DNA of 64,000 bases, from assembly GCA_002189035.1 (NCBI GenBank), contig CM007989.1, positions 3,596,001 to 3,660,000 on the forward strand. Direction: 5' to 3'. A program made the position numbers and the translations under genes. Source of the stretch: Utricularia gibba (lineage: Eukaryota; Plantae; Magnoliophyta). Position 1 is the stretch's first letter, and each line of letters opens with the position of its first letter. This document shows, in pieces, positions 1 through 13,938 of the stretch. The notes under the pieces are model-generated. The model saw nothing but the letters and a program-made list of their open reading frames with translations, made no database searches and was not told the origin of the DNA.

Positions 1-71
1 TTTTCAATTGAATACTGAGCTACAGTTCAACACCGAAAAAAAAAAAAAAAAATGGAAGTGGAGGACCTTAC

Positions 72-2171
72 CGCATTCACCTTCACATAAGTCTGTCAGC
101 CTTGCGATGGCTTTGGTGAGACCTTGTTCATGCTCCTGTGTATCAAAGTTTTACAGTTATTTTACTTTCCAAAACAGCGTTCAGTATAAGTTTAAGATGA
201 TGTTCTGACCTTCAGCACCAACTTAGCCTTCTCCATCTCCGCAGGATCCGGATGGTTAGCGCTAAATACCATCTCAATCTGCCACCACCAAAGAATAACA
301 GATACAGAAGACACATAGAATGCGCATACATGAAAACTAGCATCGTACCTCCTTTATCAGAGTTTCCGTGTGAAGCAGTCGGATGTCGTCAAGACCACTC
401 TTCCCCGTGCCATTTTGGGATGGTGGGAAATCCTTTCTTGATTGACACTTAGCCATTCCTATCCCCTTTCCAACACCCAAGCAACGATCTCGCCCAAGCT
501 GTCTATTTGTGCCAAGCTCCGTGCCACCATAACCCTTGAGATGAGAAATTTCAGGGTCTTCACCTTCCCATTGCAAGTCATTGGGAGAAATCTGCAAGGC
601 ATTAACATAGAAGAAAGGATTTGAAAAGGAATACCTAAAAAAAGTGCATGCTATTTAAAAAATGACTAATAAAATTTAATAGAACAGAGCATGCATTTTT
701 TTTTTTTTTTTTATGGATACCGTGCATATGCATTGGTGATATTAACTTTCCACTCTCCATTAGAAAGATCATAATGAAAATAATTACCTCAGAAAGATTG
801 ACCCATTCCCAAGTTTCATTAGCAGTACCGACATCATAGACAAGGAAGTGTCTACCCTGGAAAAGCATCAACATGATTTAGGTGCCAAGTTAATAAACAG
901 AAGTTTCATAGTCGTGGAAGATAATGTTTACCTCAACAGGATTGTAATCTGTAATCATAGCTTCATAAAAATTATTATCATCAGGCCACCTCGTCCTCAC
1001 TTTCCGACCAATCAATGGGTCAATTGGAGCTCCTTCTACGGGTTCCTTGCCAAAGCCTCTAGAAGGAATACCCTGACCTAACTTACCCCTTCCAGGTGGG
1101 CCACCAGGGTACTGCATCTTTACAGATGACGGCCCTAGAGGCATCTTCACAACAATTAAGCAAAGAAGCAGAAGTCATTTAGCAGGTGAATGGGAGCATC
1201 ATAACTAATAGCAAAACATCACTCACTGATTTCTGCCTCTTCATTTTTGCACCCAAGGGTCTACGCTTCCCCGCTGATAAGGTTGGTTGATTTGGTGTAG
1301 CCGTCGTCTGTGGGTGGAAAGAAGGAGATGGGGGACCAAAGGATTGAGAAGGCAAAGATGAAGCTGCTTTCTGTTTCTTACGAGAAGCTGGGATGGAAGG
1401 GCTAGGCAATGGCTCGTGGACATTTTGACTCACACCATGCAATCCTTGTTGAAGTCCAGCAGATTGTCTCCACTCCCTGAACAGTGTAGCCAAGGGTAAA
1501 CATAAAATATTGGTCTTAGAAAATTTTAGGAACCCACGGAATAGAAAATGCATTCTTCTTCTTCTCAAAACCTTATACGTCGAATTGTTTCATCAGCATT
1601 CACCCTGGCAAGAAGTTCTCTGTGTTCTTCATTCGATAATCTCAACTCTCTTCTAAGCTCAGTTATCAAATCTTCCTTCTCCTGGAGATGATATGCGCCG
1701 TTATCGATGACCATAATCACACAAACTACGCACTCTCTCAACGGACAAAGAAGTACCCATGAAATTGCATCTGCTTGAGCTTTAAATGCTCTTAAAACAG
1801 AACTATACGCTTCTTGCTCAAGTTGATGAATTCTGGATTCCATACTGGTCTCCTCGAGCATCCTTGGTTGCATCACTGATCCCACGGCTGCAGACCTTCC
1901 ATTCCTGGAGATTCGGCCGCCTCTTGGCATTCTATTCTGAAGTGGTGGGGGCAAATCATCATCAGTTCCTGAAACAACATCCAATAGAAACCAAAGGAAC
2001 GAATAACATTGCTTTGCACAGAAACAGACACATGAGCTGCAAACAAGCCATCCCCCAGCTGAATGGAACAAAGAAATTGACAAAGAATCCCCGAGCTAAA
2101 CGCAAAAAATGAAACACCAAACATTCCAGCACAAATTACTTACCACTGCTATCGTAAGGCTTGAAATCCAT
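72..2171 (-). CDS. EML: EMSY-like (ENT domain + Agenet/Tudor-like domain) chromatin protein, multi-exon; 3' end probably continues beyond the left edge of the window
   Basis: Reconstructed start [10 protein letters not shown]|TDDDLPP (ATG 2171; exon 2171-2144, next exon from 1968). ENT domain [49 protein letters not shown]. Agenet-like [57 protein letters not shown] junctions are in phase. Confidence 0.93.
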
Positions 2172-3297
2172 GGCCAGCTTGAACAAACCGAATTTGAGGT
2201 CACCTGCGGCTCCGAGCTGTGAAACCGATGGAAAACCTAATTAGAGCAGCACTAGTCAAGAAACTATGACAGCAAAGCAATTTTTACGGCTACAATGTGT
2301 GACGAAGTGTATGATCGGAAAATTGGTTCTGCTGATTTCCGAGGGCTCCGACCGTGTGCCACCGAGGTGCGCGGGCGCTTCGCGATTTACTAACAACACA
2401 CGATTCCGCAGTCACACGCTTTCTTTTTGGTCATTTTTTAATCCCTTCCTAGTTTTATATTTTACATGTTCACCAAAGCAACTAAAACACCAACAAACGA
2501 AGTTGCCGTCGCAGTAGATCATTCCAGAATCATCGCAGAAACCACAAGGAACTAGCAAGCGTCCCAGCCGTAACAAACAAACTACGCGATCGGAGAATCG
2601 CCGCTGTCAGCATGATCCGACGGCCTGAGTTGTTGGAGATGCGCGGACGTGAATTTTTAAGAAGTTTCGTTAAATGCAGGTGTTTCAATTCCGCCTTCTG
2701 ACGCCGTCGACGTGTAGCGGGAACACCAATCGGGTAAACCATGACTCTGGAATCTGGCGTATGGTAACACCACAACGTGCTGCGTTTTTAAAATGCACCA
2801 ATATTAAATATTTTCTATAATAGGTTAAATTTTTAATTATATTTTAAAATATATAAATTCCATCAAATCTAATTCGTATCGGAACTCATCATTTCACATT
2901 AATTACTCACTCACCCTCTACATTTATTCTACGATCTCGTTCTCATTAATAAATCCTGTTATTATTAATATTATTTATTCCATTATTTCAAAAAAACATC
3001 ACTAAGATCTCCTTCAATTACAAAAATTATGTTATTCATTAGGTATTCTTTAAAAGAGTAAAAATAATAACTAGGGCAATGTGCAAATTGGAAAAAATTC
3101 CACTATACTAATCATTAAATAAAACTAAGATATAGAGTTGCATTTATTTTTTAAATAAAGATTCAATGTATTGAATTAACACATTCAAAATTTAAGTACA
3201 TAAGTGTTAAGATCGAAAATCAGTTCTGAAGAATTTGACCAATTCCCAGAGTTGCGAATGGAGTTTGACGTAATCCGGTTTGTGATATACCGATTTG

Positions 3298-3559
3298 TGT
3301 TGAGAACAAAAGAAATGTAAAGACATGAGAATTTTTACGTGAAAATTATCGTAAGATGGGAAAAATCACGAAGTTAATAGAACTCGTCGAAAGAGTGGTT
3401 TCACTAACAAAGGAGGGAAAGAGATACACAAGGGAGTGTAGAGAGTTCAACATTTTCCACTTTGAACTTATCTGTAATTATAGGGAGAGTTTATCCGACC
3501 GAATTCTGCAAGTATCGATTATTTTTTGCATCTAGTATCCATACTATAATCCTGTTAAC
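3298..3559. mobile_element. Possible degenerate solo-LTR-like remnant (Copia-type)
   Basis: Begins TGTTGAGA and ends TTAACA. The internal AATTTTTACGTGAAAA...GGGAAAAATCACG...TTCACTAA resembles Copia LTR sequence as I recall it. No target-site duplication found and no coding remnant. Confidence 0.3.
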
Positions 3560-5499
3560 AAATAATCACCGATTGCAGTGTTATTACTGTAATTCAGTTA
3601 TTTTATAAATTATAAAGGTCATCACAACTCAAGTTTAATACTTATCGATTTGTCAACTTGCAGTAGTTTGTCAAGATATATTTTGATCTTTTTTGTCAAC
3701 CGATTTATTTAACCTCCACCAATAAGAAATATAGATTATTTTTAAAAAATTAGATTCGATCAATTAATACTGATTTATAATCTTTTATATATTTAGTTAT
3801 ATTATATTAATTTCCTGATATGAAATTATTTTTTGTTCTAATATGCATTATATGATATTTTCTATTAAGGGGTATCAGATATCATGATAAACGATGATAT
3901 GGAAAAAGAATATTTGCTCATATGGATGTTATGGCACATGGAGGACATGGTGACAGCGGCGATCATAGACACATGATCGATCATGGAGGAGGTATGTATG
4001 TGGGATGATGGATGAAAAACGAAGGGGGAAAGTGGATGCAGTGCACATGGGAAGGGAGACAAATGCCACATGAAAAATAACATGGAGCCTTTGCTCCAAC
4101 CCTCACCCCTTTTGTTTCTTGTTTCTCTTCTCATCCAGCCATGACACCCTACCAGATAATATCCCCCCATGACAATAATATCCGCATAAATATCTTACCA
4201 TAGACAAGAACCATATTCCATTCCACAGAGGCCCAGGCGCAGTGAATGCCAACAATTCCATTGTCCGCTTCTGCCTTTGCTTTCAAAAATGTGCAGAGGA
4301 TGTGCTGCTCGGATGGATGGATGGATGGATCCCGTGCCCAGGGCCTCCCCGGCCCACCACGCCTTACAACATTGAGTTTTAATTTAGTACAAATTATCTT
4401 ATTATTTTTATTTGATAATAAATTATCTTCAAGTTTCTTGGAGTTGAATCAACTGGAGAAATGTCTTGTTGTCTAAATGTCCTATCTTGTCTCTCGGGGA
4501 TAAGATTTGTGTGTCATTAATTTTTCTCCCACATAGACGCAATAATCATGTGTTTTGATTGGCCAGTCTTTTATTAAAAAAGTATTTTTTGAGAATTAAT
4601 ATTAATAAATAGAAAGTTGGTTTTTATAGTTGTTTTTAAATTTATATTCTTTTTATAAGAAAAATCATTCCCTAGGATTTTGTATAAATAATTCCTACTT
4701 AAAATGGTTTCAAATAATTATGTGTCGGATAGGCTCAAGAGAGCGGTGTGGGGCCCACTCTTCCTTCTTCTGTCCGACGCAATAGAGGTCGCTGTTCGCC
4801 ACCTTACAAAAGTAGCCAGGTGTTTGCCAGCTGGATTTTCGAGATGGGTGTCCTTTTGTTCCATTAATTTATATAAAAAAAGTCTTTTTTACAGTGATTA
4901 AAAGTGTATTATATTTTATTCGATGAATTATAAATATAAGTAATCCACGTGTCCGTAGAGGATTGGTGCGGAACCAGACCCTGCAAAAGAATTTCCTTCT
5001 CTTAATAAAAAAAATGTAACATTTTAATTAATGAATTTTATATATTGAATATGACATGATGTATGATTGGATTCTAAAAATAATTGCTGGGGAAGGGGCG
5101 GACAGGTAAAATGAGAGGCAGGCAAGCGAAGGGGAAGGGGGAGGCGCAGACCAGACCTGGTCCTGGTCCAACCCATCAGCAGATATTCCGATCACTGTAA
5201 TCAATGCCACTCCTAGAGGGGGAACGAAGGGGAGAAAGAAAGAATCACATCGCAGTTTCACACGTTGGTTGGGCGTCGGGAGTCGCCTTTTCTTTATCTG
5301 TTGCTTCTTCCCGTCGTAGAATAGTTGAATTTCAAATCGCTGTCTGAAAACCGCCGTTTTATTACCATCTCTCTCTCTCTCTCCCTTGAATCGTCTCTTA
5401 AAAGCTGCTCCTTCATATACCAAGACAAAGAAACAACCAGCTTATATATAATATAACCTTCTTCTTCTTGTTCTTCTTTGGGTTCTTTGCTGTCTGAAA

Positions 5500-7503
5500 A
5501 TGGCTGTGACCAAAGGGAGAACCAAGGACAAGCAGCAGAGTTTCATCTCGGTTCCATCTCCGGTGATCACCTCTATTTCCCAGTCATCCCTCGAGTCTCT
5601 GTTGCTTTCTCCTAAGAGGAGACAGAGACCCGTGTCCAAGCTCAGAGCTTTCTGCAACAACCCAAGATTTTACGCTTTCTTGCCTTTTCTATTCGTGTCT
5701 CTTTGGTTTATGAAGATTTGGCTTGAATTCGATCCTTTCTCGAGAAACCCATGTTCTGTTTCGCGAGAAAGCGGGCTTGTTTCAGCCGGGTTCTCGAGTT
5801 TGGAACCAGAACGAAGCTATGAGTTTGAAGACAAAAGCGAGTTCTGGAAGCAGCCTGATGGCATGGGATATAAGCCTTGTTTGGGATTCAGCCAAGGGTA
5901 TGAAGTGGAGAGCAGTGAGATAGTTAAGGACAGAAGCAAGTATTTGTTGGTTGTGGTTTCAGGGGGGATGAATCAACAGAGGAATCAGGTTGTCGATGCT
6001 GTTGTTCTTGCAAGAATTCTTGGTGCTGCTCTGGTTGTCCCCATTTTGCAAGTTAATGTTATATGGGGAGATGAAAGGTAAGTAACGAAGTCATCTTTAC
6101 CTCCATGTTTTCTTCATCATATCTTTGATCATCATATCCGTGATTGCTGCAGTGAATTCTCTGATATATTCGACTTGGATCATTTCAAAAACGTTCTTGC
6201 AAACGATGTAAGAATAGTTTCATCTCTTCCCTCGACCCATCTGATGACGAGGCCTGTGGAGGAGAAGAGGATTCCGGTTCACGCATCGCCGGCATGGATT
6301 CGTTCTCATTACCTTAGACGGGTACCTGAAACTTATGCCGTATCGGAATTTTTTAAACATGTTTACTTGTATTTTGTATGCTGACGAAGTTTGATGCGCT
6401 TCTGCAGATTAGAAGAGATGGGGTTTTGCTCTTAAGAGGCCTGGACTCGAGGCTGTCAAAGGATCTTCCATCTGATCTTCAAAAGCTTCGTTGCAAGGTG
6501 TGTTTTCAGATTCTTGCTTTCTCTGCTTCTTTTATTTTTAATCCGAATACTGAGTTGTTTACATAGTTTTCAGGTTGCTTTTCATGCTTTGAGATTTGCT
6601 CCACATATAACCGAACTTGGCAATAAGCTTACAGAGAGGATGCGAAGTAAAGGACCTTACCTTGCTCTTCATCTCCGGATGGAGAAGGATGTGTGGGTTC
6701 GGACTGGTTGTCTGCCGGGGCTTACCCGGGAATACGATGAGATCATACGTAACGAAAGGAAGGCGCGGCCGGAGCTCCTGACTTCGCGGTTGTCGAACGT
6801 CTCGTTCCATGACAGGAAACTTGCAGGATTGTGTCCTTTGAATGCCATGGAAGTCACAAGGTAACTTCCTGTTTTTTCCTGGGTATGGAAGCTGAGTCGG
6901 ATTCCGGTGAGGGCTCAAGGGCAAGTGTTTTTCAGGCTCCTTAAAGCTCTGGGAGCTCCATCAAATACAAGGATCTTTTGGGCTGGAGGTACGCCTTTGG
7001 GAGGAAAAGAGGCTCTGCTGCCATTGATGAAGGAATTCCCTCATTTCTACAACAAAGAAGACCTTGCCTTACCTGGGGAGCTTCAGCCTTACTCGAAGAA
7101 AGCTTCCACAATGGCTGCAATCGATTACATTGTCTCCGAGAGAAGCGATGTTTTCATGGCTTCCCATGGAGGAAACATGGGACACGCCATTCAGGTAATG
7201 CGCTTTCTGATTCAAAGCAAGCACAGTGCTTTGAATCCCCATTTTCGTGCAACTTACCTGCCTGCTCTGAAACAGGGGCATAGAGCTTATTCAGGGCACA
7301 AAAAGACCATCATCCCTAACAAAAGAGAAATGCTCCCTTACTTCTTGAACTCTCGTCTTCCTGAAAAGGAGTTCTCTGCTATCATACTGGGCCTGCACCT
7401 TGATTCTCTTGGACAACCGGAGCTTAGAATGAGCAAAGCCGGGAGAGATGTGACAAAATATCCCATACCGGAATGCATGTGCAACACTACGACGACATCA
7501 TAG
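5500..7503 (+). CDS. Plant O-fucosyltransferase-family (GT106-like) type II membrane glycosyltransferase, 6 exons
   Basis: Exons 5500-6077, 6153-6321, 6408-6497, 6574-6860, 6936-7194 and 7279-7503 join in frame. N-terminal TM segment, then YLLVVVSGGMNQQRNQVVDAVVLARILGAALVVP, YLALHLRMEKDVWVRTGC, AAIDYIVSERSDVFMASHGGNMGHAI and GHRAYSGH. Confidence 0.93.
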
Positions 7504-8429
7504 CAGAGGCTATGATGTTGAAAAAATGTTGAAAACAGCAGATGGCTTTCTGGTACATATCTCTTGATGTTATAATATTCTTTGTAAGGAGAATACGGTG
7601 ATGTATTCTTCTCATTTCATTCGTTCCTTGGGTCTGCATGTATCTGCGGCTGTACTCACCATGTTTATACATAAAACGTCTTCCCGGATTTTCTTCAAAA
7701 CATCACAAGAAGCACTGAAACCACCAGACGGGCTTTTGCTTAAGCTGCTCAAATTCTGACTGGTTTCTATGATAAACAAGGCGGTTTTCAGCCTCACCTT
7801 TCCATGTAAGAATGGATAGAAACTGAGCTATCGATGAGCTGCAATCCAAAGAAAAGGGTGAGATTTGCAGTGTCAATGTAGCACACAAGTGGTTGGGACC
7901 AGAGTTACCCTCGGATAGCTACAGAAAGCAATGCTTTTAATGGCTGGGTAAGTGGATGCAGCCAATTTGGGTGTCTGTTTTATGGCATGCCCCATGTGGT
8001 TAAAGAGCAACAACTTTTTGTATAAGATGATAACAGCTGATGCGATGCAATCTCGTCAGAAAGCGAGCAAACACCTAGATGATCAGACTGTTTTTCTTGA
8101 TCAATCTTGGGATAAAACACCCCTTAAGTGCTCAAGTTGGATGCCCAAATCTTACACTCTTTTGCTCCGGCGTAGTTCCTGGCTCCTCTGGCAAGCCTTG
8201 AGGCAATTGAAGGCAGAGTGGCCATTCCCATATAGACAAAGACAACCAACGTGGAATGAGGGTCGGCAGCATTTTCTGCTACAAAGACAGCAGGATCCTT
8301 TCCACCTTCCCTTGAGTTCCCCTGCCTCCCTGAGAGATCGAACACTGCTGCCAACTCCCCTGCAGGTCAGCGGCAGTCCTAGGTATGCAGCGATCCCCGT
8401 GTGATGCTCTGTCCCATATAAAGAGTGGA

Positions 8430-8655
8430 AGAATTTAAAAATTTTTATATTTTTATTTTTATTTTTTAAAAATAAAAATAATTTTGTTGTAGAATAATTT
8501 CAATATAAAATTAATTTAATAAAAAATAATTAAGATTATACTACAAAATTATTTTTAAAAAATAATTAGTTTATTACTTTTACTTTTTATTTCTATTTTT
8601 ATAAAATAATTTTCAAAAATAAAAACAGTTTTCAAAAATTTTCTAGAATACTGTT
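8430..8655. mobile_element. AT-rich MITE-like element related to the elements at 33.96-34.57 kb
   Basis: 8601-8650 (AAAATAATTTTCAAAAATAAAAACAGTTTTCAAAAATTTTCTAGAATA) is a close reverse-complement match of 33961-34010 and a direct match of 34203-34245. Non-coding. Confidence 0.5.
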
Positions 8656-9532
8656 TTAGATAAATTCCATATTAGTTATGAATAGGGAAATATTAAATTG
8701 AATAGAATAATAATGTAAATTTCGTATGAGTACTTTTTTAGAACACAATAGAATATACTTGATAGAAACTTAAGAGTTAAACATGCTTAATTTAAAATAA
8801 TATGAGGATTGGATATCCGAACAATATTATATAATGTAAACATGAGTCGTTACATCCATGAGACAATGGTTATATAACAACTCATGGAAAAAGCAGGCAA
8901 ATCATTCGTTTGTGATGCCTTAATTTATTAAAATAGTATTTTAAAATCAAATTGAAAATTATTTTATGATTGATTTATAGTTTTAACTTAATTTGTTATA
9001 ATAAATTGAATCATATTTAATTCATAAATATATTATAAAAATAAACATTAAAAAATTAATTAAAGACTCACCATATTTGCCAGCGAAACTCAAAAGCAAC
9101 TCATGGTTTTAATAACAAAATTAGTATTTTCGTAAATCAGATAGAATTGGAAAAATTAATATTTTCAAATTACTCTAATTTTAAATGAAGTTATTATTTT
9201 TTTATTTATGAAATATTAAATGATTATTTTTGATAACATCTGCTAATTAAAATGCCTCTCAATGGGTGGCTGTTGAACACCCGGTGTGTGGTGTAGACGG
9301 TGCTAAAATGCGCCAGGGTATGAGTGTGATAATACTCTGCTAAACTGGGCCGCCATAAGGCTACAATGCGCCGATAATAATTTATTCTCGGGGAGGGCTT
9401 GCTTCCTCCTGTAGTCCTGTTAGAATGTTCCAGAAGTAGAACTCTGCGCCTTACCCATCTGCCCTCAGATTTCTCCCCGGAAAAAAAGCATACTAATACC
9501 TCTTCACTGTGTTTGGTGATTCTGGGCAACCG

Positions 9533-12500
9533 ATGGTCCGGCTCCACCTTGTCCGTCGGCTGCTGCCGGTATTCCTTCGAGTCTTGAGTGTATATTCCCT
9601 AATCGTCTTGGTTGATGATTATGGACTTCTCGTTCTGCAGTTAGTGGATACGGTGTCGAACAGAGGCTGCACGAGGAGTATAGTTACCTCATCGTGCAAT
9701 CAAGCAGGGAGCTTTTTTGATTGGGGTTCAAAAAATGGTACTTGGATTAGGGAGTAAGTGTCGGGATGTTTATTGGGTGATGGGGAGCGTGATTATGATG
9801 TGCAATGTTTTGCAGATGGTGGTGAGAAGTGGGGTGGTGTAAAAATAGGCTTTATCAGTAATAATCTCAATGGGACACGATCAATTCACGGAACTGGTAA
9901 TCATTGGCGCATGGAAGTGTTTTTTGACTTCGTGATTTCTCTTGTTCACCTGATTTGGATGTAACATCGGAATTCATCTTAATAGTTTCTCTATAGGGGT
10001 TACTTCATTGTTCCTTTTCCGCAACCACAGATGGCTAAGTGCCCTCACGTTGCAGGATTATGTGAAGGCATAATGTATTAAGCATGCATTTTCATGGTCT
10101 AATTAGGAGTGAAATTTTGCTCAGAATGACATAAGAAGTTGGCATCACTGGGTCTAATTTATTTTTTCTCTTTTTTGGTGAACTCATCTTCTTAGCGATA
10201 TTGTCAAGAGATTTTTATGATGTTCTTGGCGTCAGTAGGAACGCGACATCATCTGAAATTAAGAAAGCTTATTATGGGGTAAGTATCATATTATTTGAAA
10301 TTTGGCTGATGGTTTGCAAAGTTCTGGCATTTCCGTGTCGTCACATGATGTTCATTTGACTTGTAAAACCTGAAGCTAAAACCTATTTATCTACCTTTAC
10401 TAAATCTAGGATCAGGGTTTGAGATTCCATTGTTTTCTTTGATTCACAGCTTGCAAAGCAGTTACATCCTGACACAAATAAAAATGATCCAGAGGCTGAA
10501 AAGAAGTTTCAAGAAGTCCAGAAGGCCTACGAAGTACTTTTTGAAACTATTTTTCTTGCATTAGCTATTTTACAATTATTAACGTGGTGAAATTTTTTTG
10601 ATGTTGTCTACATGGCAACATTCGTAGGTCTTGAAAGATGAGGAGAAGCGCCAGCAGTATGATCAGGTTTGAGAATACTTTTTTCTCAGTTACATGAGCC
10701 CCATTGGGTCGAACGAAAATACACGAATTGCTATTTTTGTGCCTAAAATTTGGGTTGATTGTAAACTGAGGTCTGCTAAAATGGCAATTCGTTTCTAATT
10801 GGGAGCATTTCATATGTATGGTTTGCAAGTAAACCACCTTTTTTGTATACAACAGTTTGTGTCATATTGATGCTTCATCATTTTTGGGTTTATAATTATT
10901 ATTTTGTATTTCGCTGAAACTTATTTTTTGCAGAGGTTGACACTAAGCAGTAACCTAAGCATATTTTTTGTGGAACTTGCATTCAACAGATTGGACATGA
11001 AGCTTTTGAACGTGCTGCTACTGGTGAAGGAGGATATGGTCCGTTTGGAGGTGGCTTCAATCCGTTTGAGTCTATATTCAGAAATGCTGGTGTAAGCTTC
11101 TACCCCACTCCTCATATGCATTTCATTTGTGGTAATATATGCTCTTTTGACACGGGAAACTTATTTGGCGTTCAGTTCCGCTCTATCTTCGATACTGACA
11201 TGGGAGGTGAAGATGTTAAGGTTGCTTTCAATTTCGAAGTGTAGATTAGTAGAGCTGCAATCTTTCGTTTATTGGATGTTGCAATCATAACGTTTGTTAA
11301 ATAAAATTTAGGTTGCCGTTGAAATTTCCTTCATGGAAGCTGTCCAGGGATGCAGCAGAACACTGTCTGTTGTGACTGATTTGGCTTGTGATACTTGTGG
11401 TACGCTCACATGAACTTTTGATTTGTAATCCGAGTTGTTTCAGCATAACTCTGAATGTAACCATATCAATTTTCCTTGGATTTTATTCCGTGGATGTCAT
11501 CTATTTATTTCTTTGTTACTTTAGGTGGGTCGGGTGTCCCTCCTGGGACCAAGCCTGAAACTTGTAAACGATGCCGTGGATCTGGGATGGTGAGAGTGAT
11601 CCTTCTCTATTGGTTTATTCAGTGGGTGTGTCATGAAATCTTTTGCATCTTATTCCAGGTCATATCTCAAAATGGTTTTATGACAATCCAAGCAACATGT
11701 CCACAATGTCAAGGAACTGGGAAGATTATATCTGTATGCATTTATCTCATACTCGAAATGCATTTAAAATATTGTAGTTTAGGCATGAAGATTTCAGTAA
11801 GTTTCTCCGAAAATATTGTTGTGGAATTTTAGTCACAAGTTCTTTCTTCTTGCAACAGAGTTTTTGCAAGTCTTGCAGGGGTAAGAGGGTGGTGAAGGGG
11901 TCAAAGACAGTGACAGTGAATATCATGGCAGGTGGATTCATTGAAAACTTTGTTTTTATCATTTGCTTGATCACTACATTTTATTTTTATTGCATTACCG
12001 CCCACAGTCATCAATTGTTAAATGTTAAAAGTATATGGAAATCAGCTATCATCTGATTTGTTGGTAATCCATCATGCTTGTTCAAGTCGTGCTAACAATT
12101 TTTACCATCATATGGTTGCTTGTAACCAAAAATATGTTTCTAATGGGAAGACTGTGGTGAAAAAGAAATGGCTTATTGCGTTGATGGTTCATTCTGTCTG
12201 TAGGGGTTGACAACAATGAAACTCTTAAGATTCCAAGAAGTGGTGGAGCTGACCCTGATGGTACTCACCCTGGTGATCTTTATGTCATGATTAAGGTTTG
12301 AAAATTGATCTTTCTTATTGACTTTATCATCTCTCTCTTACTCAAATATTCGTCAAGACATGCTTATGCTTTCTGCTTCACAGGTCCGTGAAGATCCAGT
12401 ATTTCGTAGGGAAGGCTCGGATATCCATGTTGATGCAGTTTTAAGCATCACTCAGGTAAAAGGCTTATGCATTTTGTTCCAACTGTTTACCTTTTTCATT

Positions 12501-13294
12501 TGGGTGGGCGTACCCTATTCATTCGCTTAGCAACTGCATGTTAATGCATTTTGCTACTGAACTTACGTCATCTGATATCTCTTTTAAGTCGATTTTATCA
12601 GTCTACGAATCTGTTGTGTGTTAACATAAATTGTGATGTGCAGGCAATTTTGGGTGGCACTATCCAGGTCCCTACTCTAAGTGGCGATGTTGTCCTTAAG
12701 GTTTGTTATATTCCCGAAATCTCTCATCCTTGTAGCCCGAACTGTACATTTGAACATTGGTCACAAACGCTATCACATTTCCTGTTCCTTGTGCAGGTGC
12801 GCCCTGGAACTCAACCTGGTCAAAAAGTGGTCTTGAGGAAAAAAGGTTAGTGTCAATATCTATTTATGCTCTAGTTAGTTAATGGCTTCAGTGCAGTCTG
12901 CTAGTACTCATAGAGATGACTACACTGTATGACGCTATGTTTGTTTCCTCCGTTTTTTTCTACATTCGCTGTTATCCCATCACATGTATTCGAAACGGCA
13001 CACCTTCTAGCATGGGGCATAGTGGCAAAGTTGATTCTTCTGTTGATGCAGGGATAAAAGCCCGGAACTCCTTTTCCTTTGGTGATCAGTTTGTTCACTT
13101 CAACGTCATCATTCCAACGTGAGTTATAGCTCATTTCATTAAGATCACTCTTTCTTTTGCCTATCGGTTTATCACGTTGCATATATTATCTCTGCAGGGA
13201 CTTGACTCCACGGCAGCGCGAATTAATCGAGGAGTTTGTGAAGGAAGATCAGAGGCAAGATGAGAAGAGTGCTGCTGCTGGAGCATCCGTATAG
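9533..13294 (+). CDS. GFA2: Mitochondrial type I DnaJ/Hsp40 chaperone (GFA2-like), many short exons
   Basis: Arg/Leu-rich presequence ending TRSIHGTG. J domain [24 protein letters not shown]|LAKQLHPD with the HPD motif. Zn-finger repeats [24 protein letters not shown] and CKSCRG. C-terminal [17 protein letters not shown] and [13 protein letters not shown], stop 13292-13294. The donor of the first intron (9569) is inferred. Confidence 0.9.
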
Positions 13295-13938
13295 AGATGA
13301 ATGGGGCTCCCAGGATAATCAGGAGCTTATTCTACTCTCATTTTGCTAGTTTAGATCTTATCTTTCTTTGTTTTTTTTGGCATGAAGTTCTACGAGACCT
13401 TCATGTAATGATGTAATCATATCTCAGAAACCCAACAGGCATCTACTTGGCCAATAATCTGGGGAGTAATTTGTATTATTATATTGTGCCTCCTCTAGCC
13501 AACGTATCTATAGAGTGTGACATGTTGAGGTGGGTACAGTTTCTGAAGGGTGTCAGATAATGAATATTTGGTAATTCTAAATATATATCCTAGTTAGGCA
13601 TGACAGTCCATTCAGGTAACTTACTCAACATTTTCATATGGAAGAATATCATTATCTTAAAATACTTTCATGATAAACATTGCAGTCTACAACTCATGTC
13701 TTCAAAGGTTCCATGAGAATTTATTCAAAGACACAAATCACTAGGTGCATTATTAAGAGCTTCTCTGTTGGAAGCAGAGGAGAGTCAAAAATGATGCCTA
13801 CCTCTCTATTGCAACCTTGGGAATGATATTTCTTCTAGGCTAGAATCTAGATGATACCTCCCATACTATGAATAAAGGAAAAAAAAAACGAGATCTCAAA
13901 CTTGATAGAATAAAGAAATCAAAAGAAACTTAGTGTCT

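Noticed and set aside
4527-4536. USE-like TCCCACATAG, with similar ATGTGGGA motifs at about 3999 and 28375; checked as possible snRNA or telomerase-RNA promoters
   Set aside because: Imperfect USE, no TATA box at the expected spacing, and no recognisable snRNA or telomere-template sequence downstream.
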